NCBI GenBank assembly: GCA_964016885.1
Contig: CAXHJY010000416.1
Span: 62,001-126,000, forward strand
DNA from: Eledone cirrhosa
Lineage: Eukaryota
Direction: 5' to 3'
DNA: 64,000 nucleotides
The notes below the pieces were generated by a model. The model was not told where the DNA came from, did no database searches, and worked only from the letters and a program-made list of their open reading frames with translations. The position numbers and the translations under genes are program-made. Shown in pieces: positions 27,666-41,219 of this stretch (positions are counted from its first letter, which is position 1; each line of letters opens with the position of its first letter).

Positions 27666-29150
27666 CTAAGGCGGGTAAAATTCCCGAGATCCATGGACGA
27701 GTTCTCTCCAGCGGTCTCTGTCCCTCATTATCGCTGCCATATCCTGCATCTCCAACAGACCAGTGTCTGTCCTTAGGGCATCAACATATGTTAACCTTGG
27801 TCTTCCTCTTCTAGTGTGTCCATGTAGGGGCTCCCAAAGGAGCACTGAGTGCAATGTCAACTCTGGATGTCGGTGAGCATGTCCAGCCAACCTCAGTCTT
27901 CTCTGTGTCACTTTTGAGCTGACTTTTGGGATGCTCCCATACAGCTCTGAGTTTTTCATCCTCAGTGTATACTGATTAATGTTCAGAGCCATCCTCAGCA
28001 TTCTCGTGTAGCATCCATCCACCATCTGAGTGAGTCTCTTGGTCAGTGTCCAAGTCTCAGACCCATACAGCAGCACAGACTCCACTACAGCAATGAAGAG
28101 GCGGATTTTCAGGTCTCTACGAAGGTCTGACTTCCACACCGATCTCAAGCTGTGACACGCCGCCCAGGCCTTGCTCTTCCTCTCAACCACATCATCTTCC
28201 GTATTCCCAATCTTTGCTCCCAAATACAGGAAGTCCTCAACCAATTCCAGCGGCTTCCCGCCTACATTAGTGATCGCCTCTGGCTTCTCAACATTCTCTA
28301 CCAGATATTTTGTTTTAGTCTCATTCATTCTCAGCCCCACACTCATCGACACAGTCTCAACCTCCCGCATCAAATCCCCTGCCTCCTTCACTGTATTTGT
28401 CACCAAAACTATGTCGTCGGCAAACTCAGCATCCGATACCTTTTTCGCCCCAACTCTCCTGCTCTGAGCCGGTGCCACAGCAAAGCCAGAGTCCTGGTGT
28501 TTCTCCAGTGCAAGGCGCATACAATAGTCCACTACGATGATAAAAAGGTAGGGAGCCAATGTATCTCCCTGGAGCACTCCAGCCAGTATCTCAAAGAACT
28601 CTGTCATCCCATCAGGTGTAATGACTTGGGCTTTGGTGTTGGTGTAGAGCAGTGATATCAGGTCCACTATCCTCTTGGGGATTCCATAAGCCTGTAAGAT
28701 CTTCATCAGGCAGTAACGGTCCACAGAATCAAAGGCCTTCCTAAAGTCAATGAAAACCATGACCGCAGGAAGGCACTTTGCTCTAGCTCCCTCTAATATC
28801 CTCCTCAGCATCAGGATGTGACTGGTGGTTGATCTACCCTCTCTGAAGCCGTTCTGGTTGTCCCTGAGCTTCTTCTCCATCTCAGGCTGGATCCTGTTAA
28901 GAATCATCCTGTTGAGGGTCTTTGCCACAAGTGACGTCAGTGAGATCCCCCGGTAGTTGTTGGTGTTAGAGAGATCGCCCTTCTTTGGCACTGGGACGAT
29001 GTTACTGATCCTCCACTGATTCGGGGCAACTCCTTTCTCCAGTGCCCCGTTACAGAACCCCAGGATGATATCATCAAAATCACACCTCTTCATCACCTCT
29101 GATGCCACTCCATCCTCTCCATGAGCCTTGCCCTCCTTGATCTTCTTCTT
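27666..29150 (-). mobile_element. 5'-truncated RTE-clade LINE, uninterrupted RT ORF (>=480 aa), in (TA)n
   Basis: PKKGDLS..NYRGISL, DFRKAFDS, GVLQGDTLAP, FADD, YGSETW, RRLRLAGH, RGRP motifs; (TA)n on both sides. Confidence 0.93.
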
Positions 29151-29169
29151 ATATATATATATATATATA

Positions 29170-29765
29170 GGCTTTACTGTAGCACCGGCTCAGAGCAGGA
29201 GATTTAAGGTGAAAAAGATATCAGATGCTGAATTTGCCGACGACATAGTTTTGGTGACAAATACAGTGAAGGAGGCAGAGGATTTGATGTAGGAGGTTGA
29301 AACTGTGTGGGGCTCAGAATGAAGGAGACTAAAACAAAATATCTGGTAGAGAATGTTGAGAAGCCAGAGGGGCTCACTAATGTAGGCGGGAAGCCACTAG
29401 AATTGGTTGAGGACTTCCTGTATTTGGGAGCAAAGATTGGGAATACGGAAGATTATGTGGTTGAGAGGAAGAGCAAAGCCTGGGCGGTGTGCTACAGCCC
29501 GAGATCGGTGTGGAAGTCGGACCTTCATGAAGACCTGGAAATTCGCCTCTTCATTGCTGTAGTGGAGGCTGTGCTGTTGTACGGGTCTGAGACTTGGACA
29601 CTGACAAGAAACTCACTCAGATGGAGGATGGGTGCTACACAAGAATGCTGAGGATGGCTCTGAACATTAATCAATATACACCAGGGATGAAAAGCTCAGA
29701 GCTGTATAGGAGTCCCCCAAAAGTCAGCTCAAAAGTGACACAGAGGAGACTGAGGTTAGCTGGAC
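29170..29765 (+). mobile_element. inverted, diverged fragment of the same RTE family fused to a SINE
   Basis: reverse-complement match to ~27885-28485 with a stop and frameshifts. Confidence 0.9.
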
Positions 29766-29924
29766 CCCAGTCCCTATCATCTCATTTCTACAGCTGAGTA
29801 AACTGGAGCAATGTGAAATAAAGCGTCTTGCTCAAGGAAACAACACATCACCCGGTCTGAGAATTGAACTCACAACCTTTCAATTGCAAGCCTAATGTTC
29901 TAACCACTAAGCCATGTGCCTCCA

Positions 29925-30342
29925 TTATATATATATATAATGTATATATATATATTTATTATGTATATATATATATATATTTATTATGTATATATATATA
30001 TATATATATATTTATTATGTATATATATATATATATTTATTATGTATATATATATATTTATTATGTATATATATATATATATATTTATTATGTATATATA
30101 TATATATATATTTATTATGTATATATATATATATATATATTATGTATATATATATATTATGAATATATATATATATACATATATATATATTTTGTATATA
30201 TATATATATATATATATTATGTATATATATATTATATATATATATATATATTATGTATATATATATATATATATATATATTATGTATATATATATATATA
30301 TATATTATGTATATATATATCTACATATTATGTATATATATA

Positions 30343-30376
<34 letters not shown>

Positions 30377-30948
30377 GTATATATTTATATCATCATCCTC
30401 ATCATCTTCGTTTAACGTCCATTTTCCACGCTAGCATGGGTTAGATGGGAGTTGTCCCACTTGAGGCAAGGCTGGTCGGGTGACCGTGTCTCGCTCATAT
30501 AGGACTATCTGGCAGGTTTTCTATGGCTGGATGCCCTTCCTAACACCAACTACATTTACAGTGTATATTATGTATATATATAAAGGCACATTGCTTAGTG
30601 GTTAGAGCATTAGGCTTGCAATCGAAAGCTTGTGATTTCAATTCTCAGACCAGGTAATGTGTTGTTTCCTTGAGCAAGACACTTTATTTCACATTGCTCC
30701 AGTTTACTCAGCTGTAGAAATGAGATAATAGGACTGGGGTCCCTATCATTCCACTGCAAAGTGCTCGTGGAGGTGCCATGGCAAAAAAGCACCCAGCACT
30801 CACTGTAAATGAGGTTGGTCTTAGAAAGGGGCTCCAGCTATAGAAATCAAGCCTGAATCAGTTCCCGTCCACCCTTGCAAGCAGGGAAAAGCGGACGTAA
30901 AATGAAATGATGATGAAATGATATATATATATTATGTATATATACATA

Positions 30949-30982
<34 letters not shown>

Positions 30983-32108
30983 TTTATTTTCATAATCACA
31001 CATGATGTTAAACTAGCCTGCTTTTAAATTCCCTTTTTGGCATATTAATCAGTGAGAATTTGGCTATCGTGTTGAGCTCTGCTGACGATCGAATTCCAAC
31101 CGTGACCATCTCCACTGAAAGTTTTCGTGAAATAGTCTTTTCAAGACTATACAGAGCATTTGTAGTTGTCCCAAATTGAAGGATGAGTATTTTAAACTTT
31201 ATTTTATTATGAGGTAAGGCTCTATTGATTTTTCCCTGGATTTCACTAAATTCTGTTGGATAAATCTATATCCTGATTCTTTTTGAATTGAGTTTGAATT
31301 ATTTTTCCCACATCTTATGTTAACTATTTTCCCATTTTGACGCTATAGTCACTTATATATTATGGAATACTGTTGGTTTCTTGCTACAATACTTTCTATA
31401 CCTTTCATTTATATATTATGTATATATACATACATATATATTATGTATATATACATATGTATATACATATATATATATATACATATATATATTATATATA
31501 TATACATATATATATTATGTATATATTATGTATATATACATATACATATATATATGTATATATATTATGTATATATACATATGTATATACATATATATAT
31601 ATATACATATATATATTATATATATATACATATATATATTATGTATATATTATGTATATATACATATGTATATATACATATATATATATTATGTATATAT
31701 ACATATATATATTATGTATATATACATATATATATTATGTATATATACATATATATATTATGTATATATATATATATATATATATTATGTATATATATAT
31801 ATATGATGTATATATTCATATATATTATGTATATATATATATATTATGTATATATATATATATATATATTATGTATATATACATATATATTATGTATATA
31901 TACATATATATTATGTATATATATATATTATGTATATATATATATATATATATTATGTATATATATATATATATATATTATGTATATATATATATTATGT
32001 ATATATATATATTATGTATATATATATATTATGTATATATATATATTATGTATATATATATTATGTATATATATATTATGTATATATATATATTATGTAT
32101 ATATATAT

Positions 32109-32144
<36 letters not shown>

Positions 32145-33761
32145 ATATATATATATATACATAATATATATATATATACATAATATATATATATATACAT
32201 AATATATATATATATACATAATATATATATATATACATACATTTACTCCTTCTCTCCGTCTTTCTTTTCTAACTGTACTTAACACTAAATATTTACAAAC
32301 ATCTCACTACCAAACCAACTTTTTTAAATGGAAGTTGTTCAAAATTCTATGGTACATCAAATTTATTTATAAAACTGCTTATATATTGTATTTTATCTGA
32401 AGAAGGCATGCCATATTTTTAATATGGTATCCCTGAAATATGTATAATGAAATAAATATGGTTTTATAAATATAGTTTCCATTTGTTTAATATCGTATAT
32501 CTACTCCAAAACTTATTGAGTGCTTTATATCAGTTATAAAATATTTACTCGTTGTAACCCAACAATTTTAAATAAAACTTTTGCATATATTATGTATATA
32601 TATATATATTATGTATATATATATATATATATATATATTATGTATATATATATATATTATGTATATATATATATATATATATATTATGTATATTATGTAT
32701 ATATATATATATATATTATGTATATATATATATATATTATGTATATATATATATATATTATGTATATATATATATATATTATGTATATATATATATATAT
32801 TATGTATATATATATATATATTATGTATATATATATATATATTATGTATATATATATATATATTATGTATATATATATATATATTATGTATATATATATA
32901 TATATTATGTATATATATATATATATATATTATGTATATATATATATATATATATTATGTATATATATATATATATATTATGTATATATATATATATATA
33001 TTATGTATATATATATATATTATGTATATATATATATATATATATATTATGTATATATATATATATATTATGTATATATATATATATATTATGTATATAT
33101 ATATATATATTATGTATATATATATATATATTATGTATATATATATATATATATATTATGTATATATATATATATATTATGTATATATATATATATATAT
33201 ATTATGTATATATATATATATATATATTATGTATATATATATATATATTATGTATATATATATATATATATTATGTATATATATATATATATATTATGTA
33301 TATATATATATATATTATGTATATATATATATATATTATGTATATATATATATATATATTATGTATATATATATATATATTATGTATATATATATATATA
33401 TATTATGTATATATATATATATATTATGTATATATATATATATATATATTATGTATATATATATATATATATATTATGTATATATATATATATATATTAT
33501 GTATATATATATATATATATTATGTATATATATATATATCTATTATGTATATATATATATATCTATTATGTATATATATATATATCTATTATGTATATAT
33601 ATATATATATATTATGTATATATATATATATATATTATGTATATATATATATATATATTATGTATATATATATATATATTATGTATATATATATATATAT
33701 TATGTATATATATATATATATTATGTATATATATATATATTATGTATATATATATATATAT

Positions 33762-33826
<65 letters not shown>

Positions 33827-34010
33827 ATATTATATATATTATATATATATTATATATATATATATATTATATATATATATATTATATATATATATTATAT
33901 ATATATATATATATTATATATATTATATATATTATATATATATATATTATATATATATATATTATATATATTATATATATTATATATATATATATTATAT
34001 ATATATATAT

Positions 34011-34044
<34 letters not shown>

Positions 34045-34065
34045 ATATTATATATATATATATAT
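29925..34065. repeat. compound (TA)n/TTATG microsatellite arrays (29925-30390, 31410-32240, 32585-34065)
   Basis: TATTATG(TA)n higher-order units; similar arrays at 36160-36430, 41328-41640, 43405-43546. Confidence 0.95.
31076..31157 (+). ncRNA. type I hammerhead ribozyme (predicted)
   Basis: stem I GCTCTG/CAGAGC, core CTGACGA, stem II CGAA/TTCG, GAAA, stem III ATAGTCTT/AAGACTAT, AUA cleavage triplet. Confidence 0.75.
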
Positions 34066-35068
34066 TCAAGCATGTTTACAACGTGTTTACAGCATGTTTA
34101 CAGCTGTGCTGAAACAGCAAGCAAACAGCCACAGGAAACAAGTACCACCAATCTCTGGGAGGGCCCTGTAGAAACAGTAGACAGCTTCTGCTACCTAGGT
34201 GACCGAATTAGCAACGGAGGTGGGTGCTCAGAAAGTACAATAACTAGGGTAAGAACGGGATGGAAGAAGTTTAGGGAACTACTACCACTGCTAGCTGCAA
34301 AAGGCTTCTCCTTCAGAATGAAAGGCAGACTGTATGATGCGTGTATCCGAACAGCGATGTTGCATGGTAGTGAGACCTGGGCGCTGAAGGTGGAAGACTT
34401 ACGTAGATTAGAGAGAAACGAAGCCTGCATGCTCCGATGGATGTGTAACAGTAATATACGTGAACGACAAAGCATAAAGGAATTGAGAGAGAGACTGAGC
34501 ATAAGAGGAATCAAATGCTGCGTGCAGGAGAGGCGGTTACGCTGGTATGGACATGTGATGCGTATGAAGGATGACAGCTGCATAAAAAGGTGCAGAGCAC
34601 TAGAAGTTGATGGAAACCGCGGAGTGGGGAGACCCAAGATGACTTGGGATGAGGTGATAAAAGCCGACCTTACCCAACTACACCTCTCAAAGTCAATGAC
34701 ACACGACCGTGACTTCTGGCGTCACGCAGTAATACAGGGTACCCGACCTCCCATGGGTACATGCTGAAGCATATAAACAATATGCCCCCACACCCCCCAC
34801 CGCAAGGTGGTCGTGGAGGTGCCACGGCAAAAAAGCACCCAGCCCACACTGTAAAGTGGACGTGTAGGCGCCACGAAAAAGCACCCAGCACTCACTGTAA
34901 ATGAGGTTGGTGTTAGGAAGGGCATCCAGCTGTAGAAATCAAGCCAGATCAGTTCCTGTATGAGCAAGGCATGGTCAGCCGACCAGACACTGCCCACAAC
35001 AGGACAACCCGTCTAACCCATGCTAGCATGGAAGAACGGACGTAAAACGGTGATGATGATGATGATGA
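34065..35068 (+). mobile_element. RTE-clade LINE 3' portion (ORF end to 34767, 3'UTR, (GAT)n tail)
   Basis: VDSFCYLGD, MLHGSETW, ERRLRWYGHVMRM, GRPKMTW; 3'UTR shared with SINE tails. Confidence 0.9.
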
Positions 35069-35076
35069 TTATATAT

Positions 35077-35751
35077 ATATTTATTAAAATAACAGATTAA
35101 AGTTTAAGCAAAGAATCGTTGCTTTCACCCTTAACGGGATCTTCTGAAACTAACAAAGTCAATCTGTAAACGCAGAACTGGATATTTCAAAAAACGTTGT
35201 TCTTAACTCTGTAGCGGAGATTCATTTGGTCTCCTAGTTAGAATTTTAGTCTACGATTTCTGCTATACCATTTACGTGGTTTTGTCTTTGCGTGCTATTG
35301 TTCTCCATGCTCCACATATGACTTATTATCTTTGTTTTTTCGTTCATTGCCAGAAAACGTCTCTATGCACCACCTAAGAGAACATTAGTCTACGACCTCT
35401 TTTATACCATCACGTGGTTTTGTCTTTGCGCGTAATTGTTTTTCACCGCTCCTATTAATGACGTATTATTCGTTTTTTCCCGTTCTTCGCCAGCGAACGT
35501 TACCACGAACCAAAGTATCGTCTTCCTGTCTTCCTCCGGTTGCAACGTTTTTTGAAATATCCAGTTCTGCATTTACAGATTGACTTTGTTAGTTTCAGAA
35601 GATCCCGTTAAGGGTGAAAGCAGCGATTCTTTGCTTAAACTTTAATCTGTTATTTTAATAAATATTTGCTCTACGGTTCTTATATATTTGATATATATTT
35701 ATCCTTATCGAGCCCTCTTTGGATTTTAGTCTTCAATTTTATTATTACTAT

Positions 35752-35755
<4 letters not shown>
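35077..35755. mobile_element. fold-back non-autonomous element (arms 35077-35199 / 35543-35665), probably Penelope-derived
   Basis: ~123-bp inverted arms; same family at 47790-47965 and 52523-52952; all in (TA)n. Confidence 0.7.
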
Positions 35756-35819
<64 letters not shown>

Positions 35820-35821
<2 letters not shown>

Positions 35822-36155
35822 CACATGGCTTAGTGGTTAGTGCATTGGCCTTGCAATCGAAAGGTTATGAGTTCAATTCTCAGACCGGGTGATGTGTTGT
35901 TTCCTTGAGCAAGACACTTTATTTCACATTGCTCCAGTTTACTCAGCTGTAGAAATGAGATGATAGGGACTGGGGTCCCTATCATTCCACTGCAAAGTGG
36001 TCATGGAGGTGCCACGGCAAAAAAGCACCAGCACTCACTGTAAATGAGGTTGGTGTTAGGAAGGGCATCCAGCTGTAGAAATCAAGCCAGAATCAGTTCC
36101 CGTCCCACCCTTGCAAGCAGGGAAAAGTGGACGTAAAATGAAATGATGAAATGAT
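35820..36155 (+). mobile_element. tRNA-headed, CORE-like SINE family B with LINE-derived tail
   Basis: A box TGGCTTAGTGG, B box GAGTTCAATTC, CCTTGAGCAAGACACTT core, tail GTTAGGAAGGGCATCCAGCTGTAGAAA; near-identical copies at 30585-30922 (+), 48293-48645 (-), 29762-29922 (-). Confidence 0.85.
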
Positions 36156-36166
36156 GATTATATATA

Positions 36167-36232
<66 letters not shown>

Positions 36233-36258
36233 GTATATATATATATTATATATATATA

Positions 36259-36303
<45 letters not shown>

Positions 36304-36373
36304 ATATATTATATATATATATATATTATATATATATGTATATATTATATATATTATATATATATATATTATG

Positions 36374-36427
<54 letters not shown>

Positions 36428-36838
36428 ATATACATACACGGCCACATTACAGCGTGGACTGTGTGTTTTTTTGTCGTGACACCTACACGACCTCATTTGT
36501 TTCGGACTGGATGTTGTGGTACCAACATAACTTTACATTGAAAGGGGTGGTGTGGATGGGGTGGGGAGTAGTGGGACGGGGCTGCATTTTTGTTAGAGGT
36601 GCCTACTGACTGTAGTAGGTTTCACTTTGTACTTAGGTAAGGCGGGTCTTCTGTATTACTGTGTAGCGCCAAAGATCTCGGTCCAGTGACATTGTCTTGG
36701 AGAGGTGTAAGTGTGTGAGGTCGGAATTTATCAAGTCGTCTCATGTCGTCCCATGTTTTTCTGGGTCTGCCTACTCCGTGGCTACCGTCTATTTTTATTG
36801 CCCTGCACTTATATATATATATATATATTATGTGTGTG

Positions 36839-36878
<40 letters not shown>

Positions 36879-36995
36879 GTATGTATGTATATATATATAT
36901 ATAACGAAGGAAATGTGGTAAGGAACCAGGTGGACCATAACGCACCAAAGTACTCAATACTTGAGGTAGTAGAGTGGGTAATAGGAACCAGTAAG

Positions 36996-37089
36996 ACCCC
37001 GACAGCTGAGCTCAAGCCGTTTCGACGGCTAATTCTGGACTAAATGAAAATTTATCCTGGTATTTAAATAGCCGATCTTCTCAAGGGGT
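36996..37089 (-). ncRNA. type I hammerhead ribozyme, U3-A8 variant (left arm; sense to element and to EEA1 pre-mRNA)
   Basis: exact reverse complement of 41220-41313. Confidence 0.75.
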
Positions 37090-38180
37090 AATTCCATATA
37101 TGGTCAAAGTGATCGTCAAAAATCAGTAGTAATTCTGTGGTTGCAAATTAGTAGGGGAGATGGTGGCTAAACCTGCCAGTAGGAGAAAGAGGGGAGGGGG
37201 TGGAGTAGACCCAATCAAGCGTTGGTAGTGCCAGCTACAGCTGGGCATGAGGTCAAAGAAGATACAGGGGAGGGGGAGGGGGAGGAAGTCGGAACGGTAG
37301 GTAGAACAATGGGGGGTAGAAATAGGAAAGAAAAAATACTGAGAGTGAAGAAAAGCAAATAAGTGTAAAGAAAAAAGTAAAGTAAATTAAATTCTACGAC
37401 CTAGGTGTCAGGCTATTGTTAGGCGAGAATAAAATAAAGAAAGAAAGAAGTAAATAAATAAATAAATAAATAAATAAGGAAATAAGTAAAAGAACTAGGT
37501 GGGACAGAATAGGCAAGGACCCTTTTAAGAGGTATAAGTACGTAAATGATACGGTGACGGGTCAACAAAAGGGGCCAAAATACTAAAGAGACTACCACGA
37601 AATAAACAATAAAGGTTTCCATCCCGGGCCAGCAACGACCCAGTGCAGCAAAGTGAACTTGTACGAGATAATAATTCTGAGTCCCGAGAAAAATATATAC
37701 TAATGCTAACTCTAAAAGATCTAAAACAAGCTACATGAAAGTTCGTACGAAATAAAGGTAGAATACGGAAAAATAAATTCAGAATCCACCCCGCCCAGAA
37801 GAAAAGCGAAGCAAGAAATACTGAAACGAAAAAATAAGGCATAAGTGCCACTAAGAAATATAGAGGGCACAGAGAATAGTGGGAGCGGTCGGAAAAAGGG
37901 GGCAAGTATCCGGGGTCTAAGCCAACTGCTATAAAGGGCGGAATCCGCCAAATCTATCATAGACTAGGGGAGGGGGTGGTGGGGGTACTAAGGCTACATG
38001 GGGCCAAAGGGCAGCCTCGGGTGGGCGAGAAAAGACGCCGACAAAGGAGAAGAGCTGGGGTAGAAGGACAAAGGAGAGAGGGGGGGAGGAAATAAAGGAA
38101 GCGATAAAAGAATACAAAGAAGATCTTACGTCTTCCTTGGCAAGCAGGGGTTACCCATTGCAAAATCGGCAAGTGGGGTG

Positions 38181-39977
38181 TTATAGCCCTAGTCTACCCC
38201 CCGGGTCATTATGGGGTTTGAGGGCGAGGTAAGTCCTACGCAATCTATGTTTACATGCAGTAACCAGTTCATCTTTCTTGTTTAGGAGTTGGTACGTCGA
38301 AAACAGCATTTGTAAAGTTTCCTCCGAGCATAAATTGCACGGACGGCGTCCTCCCGTGTAAGAATTGGCTCTGGACAGTAATCTCCAAGTGAGATCATAG
38401 GTGATGTTGTTGTCCTTGAGGTCCCATATGTGGCCCGAAAGTGTAGTGGCGTGACGCCGGGCCGGGTTTCGGAAGGTATGTCTATGTTGGTATAGCCGGG
38501 TCTTGAAGTCACATGCGGTAAGTCCTATATAGGCTTTGTTGGAGGTATCCGTCCTCACGTTGCACTGGTAGATCACATTACGGTCTCTGCATCTATTGTC
38601 GAGTGGGCAAATAGATCTATCCGGGCAGTTACACCTCCTGGTCGGTTCTCCACTGCTATTTAGGTTATTTCTGCCATCGGGGTTGAGTTTTTTGTTGTTA
38701 GAGGAGACGATGTTTTGTGCGAAGTTTGGTGTAGTGCTGTAAGAGAGTTTGATGGTATTTTTGTTAATTATGTTGTGGTAGCGGTGTTGTAATGGGAAGT
38801 GTTTTTCAATGAGCCTAAAGAATAGTTTCCCGATGGGAGTAGTCACCTCTGCGTTGTGGGGAGGATTGAACCATGTTACATTGCGTGAGCGGCGGTGTCT
38901 CCTGCTGGTTCCGCTAATGGGAGCTGGACAGTAGGATATTTCCTCCCAGAAACCACTCCGCTTGAGGGCCTGGTTGTAATAAGGCGCATGTTCATCGAAT
39001 ATCCGCTCATTAGCTGACAAACGAGATATGCGGAGGGAGATGTTTTTGACCAGGTTGTTTGTGATGTTCCTAGGATGGTTTGATCGGCGGTGGATGTAGT
39101 GCAGATTGTCATTAGGTTTCCTGTATGGGTAGTACAGGTCGTTTTCGAGGTCGAGGGTTACGTCCAGGAAGTTTACTCGGGTCAGGGACGTTTGTAGGGT
39201 TATTTTAAATCCCCAGTCGCGGAAGAATCTGATTAATTGTTTCCGGACCCGATCTGTACTACTGGGGTTGTACCCTTTAAGGGTAAGGAGCCCATCATCA
39301 CGGTACAATCCACCACCGAATGCAGGAAACATATCAGTGAGTTTGGCTATTAGGAATAATCCTATAAGATCAGTGACCTCCGCCGAATCCGTGGCGCCCA
39401 TGCTGACGTCGAAGGGTGAGTCGGGAGCTCTTTTTATCCATTTAGAGTCGTCAAAGAGTAAGACTGTCTTCCTGGCGTGGAGGATGATTTTTCTTTCCTG
39501 GTCGGTGATGGGCACGAGTGTTTCGGCGAAGTCCAAGGCGGCAGTAAGTAGCGGTAAGGTGATTGAAGCATAGTAGCTCTCTATGTCGAACTGTATGAAT
39601 TTAGTTTCTCGTTTATCCTCCATATTGCTGAACCAGGAGATTACTTCCTGGGTGTTGATCCATAGGCTAAGTCGGGTGTGTTGCTTGACGTTTGGTATCA
39701 CGCGGTCTAGGATTTTTTTGCTGATTCTCCCTATGTCGGACTTCGTTGGGTTAATAAGCCTGATAGAGGGTTTACGGTCAAAATCGGATTTATGGTCCTT
39801 CAGTGTGAAGTATGGTGTCCGTGGGTCTAGAGGTTCCGTGCGGTCGGCGACCCCGAGGCTGGAGGTGATTTGTTGTCCATCTCGATTTATGTCCTCGATG
39901 CAAGAGTGGTTGGCCTTTTTATAGGTGGAGTTTAGGCTGTTCTTGATCAGTGTGTGGTATCTGTCAAGATAGGTATC
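38181..39977 (-). CDS. Penelope-like RT / GIY-YIG endonuclease, 5'-truncated, open for ~599 codons
   Basis: TLKDHK..RLINPTKSD, FDIESYY, MGA, LYRDD, FLDVTLDL, CNC..C..C linker, VIY...YIG, CNLC..E..CKH. Confidence 0.92.
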   Translation of the reverse strand, partial: DTYLDRYHTLIKNSLNSTYKKANHSCIEDINRDGQQITSSLGVADRTEPLDPRTPYFTLKDHKSDFDRKPSIRLINPTKSDIGRISKKILDRVIPNVKQHTRLSLWINTQEVISWFSNMEDKRETKFIQFDIESYYASITLPLLTAALDFAETLVPITDQERKIILHARKTVLLFDDSKWIKRAPDSPFDVSMGATDSAEVTDLIGLFLIAKLTDMFPAFGGGLYRDDGLLTLKGYNPSSTDRVRKQLIRFFRDWGFKITLQTSLTRVNFLDVTLDLENDLYYPYRKPNDNLHYIHRRSNHPRNITNNLVKNISLRISRLSANERIFDEHAPYYNQALKRSGFWEEISYCPAPISGTSRRHRRSRNVTWFNPPHNAEVTTPIGKLFFRLIEKHFPLQHRYHNIINKNTIKLSYSTTPNFAQNIVSSNNKKLNPDGRNNLNSSGEPTRRCNCPDRSICPLDNRCRDRNVIYQCNVRTDTSNKAYIGLTACDFKTRLYQHRHTFRNPARRHATTLSGHIWDLKDNNITYDLTWRLLSRANSYTGGRRPCNLCSEETLQMLFSTYQLLNKKDELVTACKHRLRRTYLALKPHNDPGGRLGL

Positions 39978-41219
39978 TGCTCGGAGGAAACTTTACAAAT
40001 GCTGTTTTCGACGGACCAACTCCTAAACAAGAAAGATGAACTGGTTACTGCATGTAAACATAGATTGCGTAGGACTTACCTCGCCCTCAAACCCCATAAT
40101 GACCCGGGGGGGTAGACTAGGGCTATAACACCCCACTTGCCGATTTTGCAATGGGTAACCCCTGCTTGCCAAGGAAGACGTAAGATCTTCTTTGTATTCT
40201 TTTATCGCTTCCTTTATTTCCTTCCCCCCTCTCTCCTTTGTCCTTCTACCCCAGCTCTTCTCCTTTGTCGGCGTCTTTTCTCGCCCACCCGAGGCTGCCC
40301 TTTGGCCCCATGTAGCCTTAGTACCCCCACCACCCCCTCCCCTAGTCTATGATAGATTTGGCGGATTCCGCCCTTTATAGCAGTTGGCTTAGACCCCGGA
40401 TACTTGCCCCCTTTTTCCGACCGCTCCCACTATTCTCTGTGCCCTCTATATTTCTTAGTGGCACTTATGCCTTATTTTTTCGTTTCAGTATTTCTTGCTT
40501 CGCTTTTCTTCTGGGCGGGGTGGATTCTGAATTTATTTTTCCGTATTCTACCTTTATTTCGTACGAACTTTCATGTAGCTTGTTTTAGATCTTTTAGAGT
40601 TAGCATTAGTATATATTTTTCTCGGGACTCAGAATTATTATCTCGTACAAGTTCACTTTGCTGCACTGGGTCGTTGCTGGCCCGGGATGGAAACCTTTAT
40701 TGTTTATTTCGTGGTAGTCTCTTTAGTATTTTGGCCCCTTTTGTTGACCCGTCACCGTATCATTTACGTACTTATACCTCTTAAAAGGGTCCTTGCCTAT
40801 TCTGTCCCACCTAGTTCTTTTACTTATTTCCTTATTTATTTATTTATTTATTTATTTACTTCTTTCTTTCTTTATTTTATTCTCGCCTAACAATAGCCTG
40901 ACACCTAGGTCGTAGAATTTAATTTACTTTACTTTTTTCTTTACACTTATTTGCTTTTCTTCACTCTCAGTATTTTTTCTTTCCTATTTCTACCCCCCAT
41001 TGTTCTACCTACCGTTCCGACTTCCTCCCCCTCCCCCTCCCCTGTATCTTCTTTGACCTCATGCCCAGCTGTAGCTGGCACTACCAACGCTTGATTGGGT
41101 CTACTCCACCCCCTCCCCTCTTTCTCCTACTGGCAGGTTTAGCCACCATCTCCCCTACTAATTTGCAACCACAGAATTACTACTGATTTTTGACAATCAC
41201 TTTGACCATATATGGAATT

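Noticed and set aside
29170-29765. Twin-priming inversion of the adjacent RTE
   Set aside because: The inverted piece overlaps sequence already in the element and is diverged, so it is an independent copy
29864-34112. Long Y/I/M/C-rich ORFs (up to 728 aa)
   Set aside because: Translations of (TA)n/TTATG microsatellite; only the tail of 32581-34767 is real (RTE LINE)
35820-35890. tRNA gene
   Set aside because: tRNA-like head of SINE B continuing into core and LINE tail; multi-copy
38181-39977. Selenocysteine recoding as reported for some PLEs
   Set aside because: No in-frame TGA in the retained ORF; the conserved positions are ordinary Cys
37419-40890. Mirror-image small ORFs on both strands
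   Set aside because: By-products of the Penelope inverted arms (non-coding UTR)
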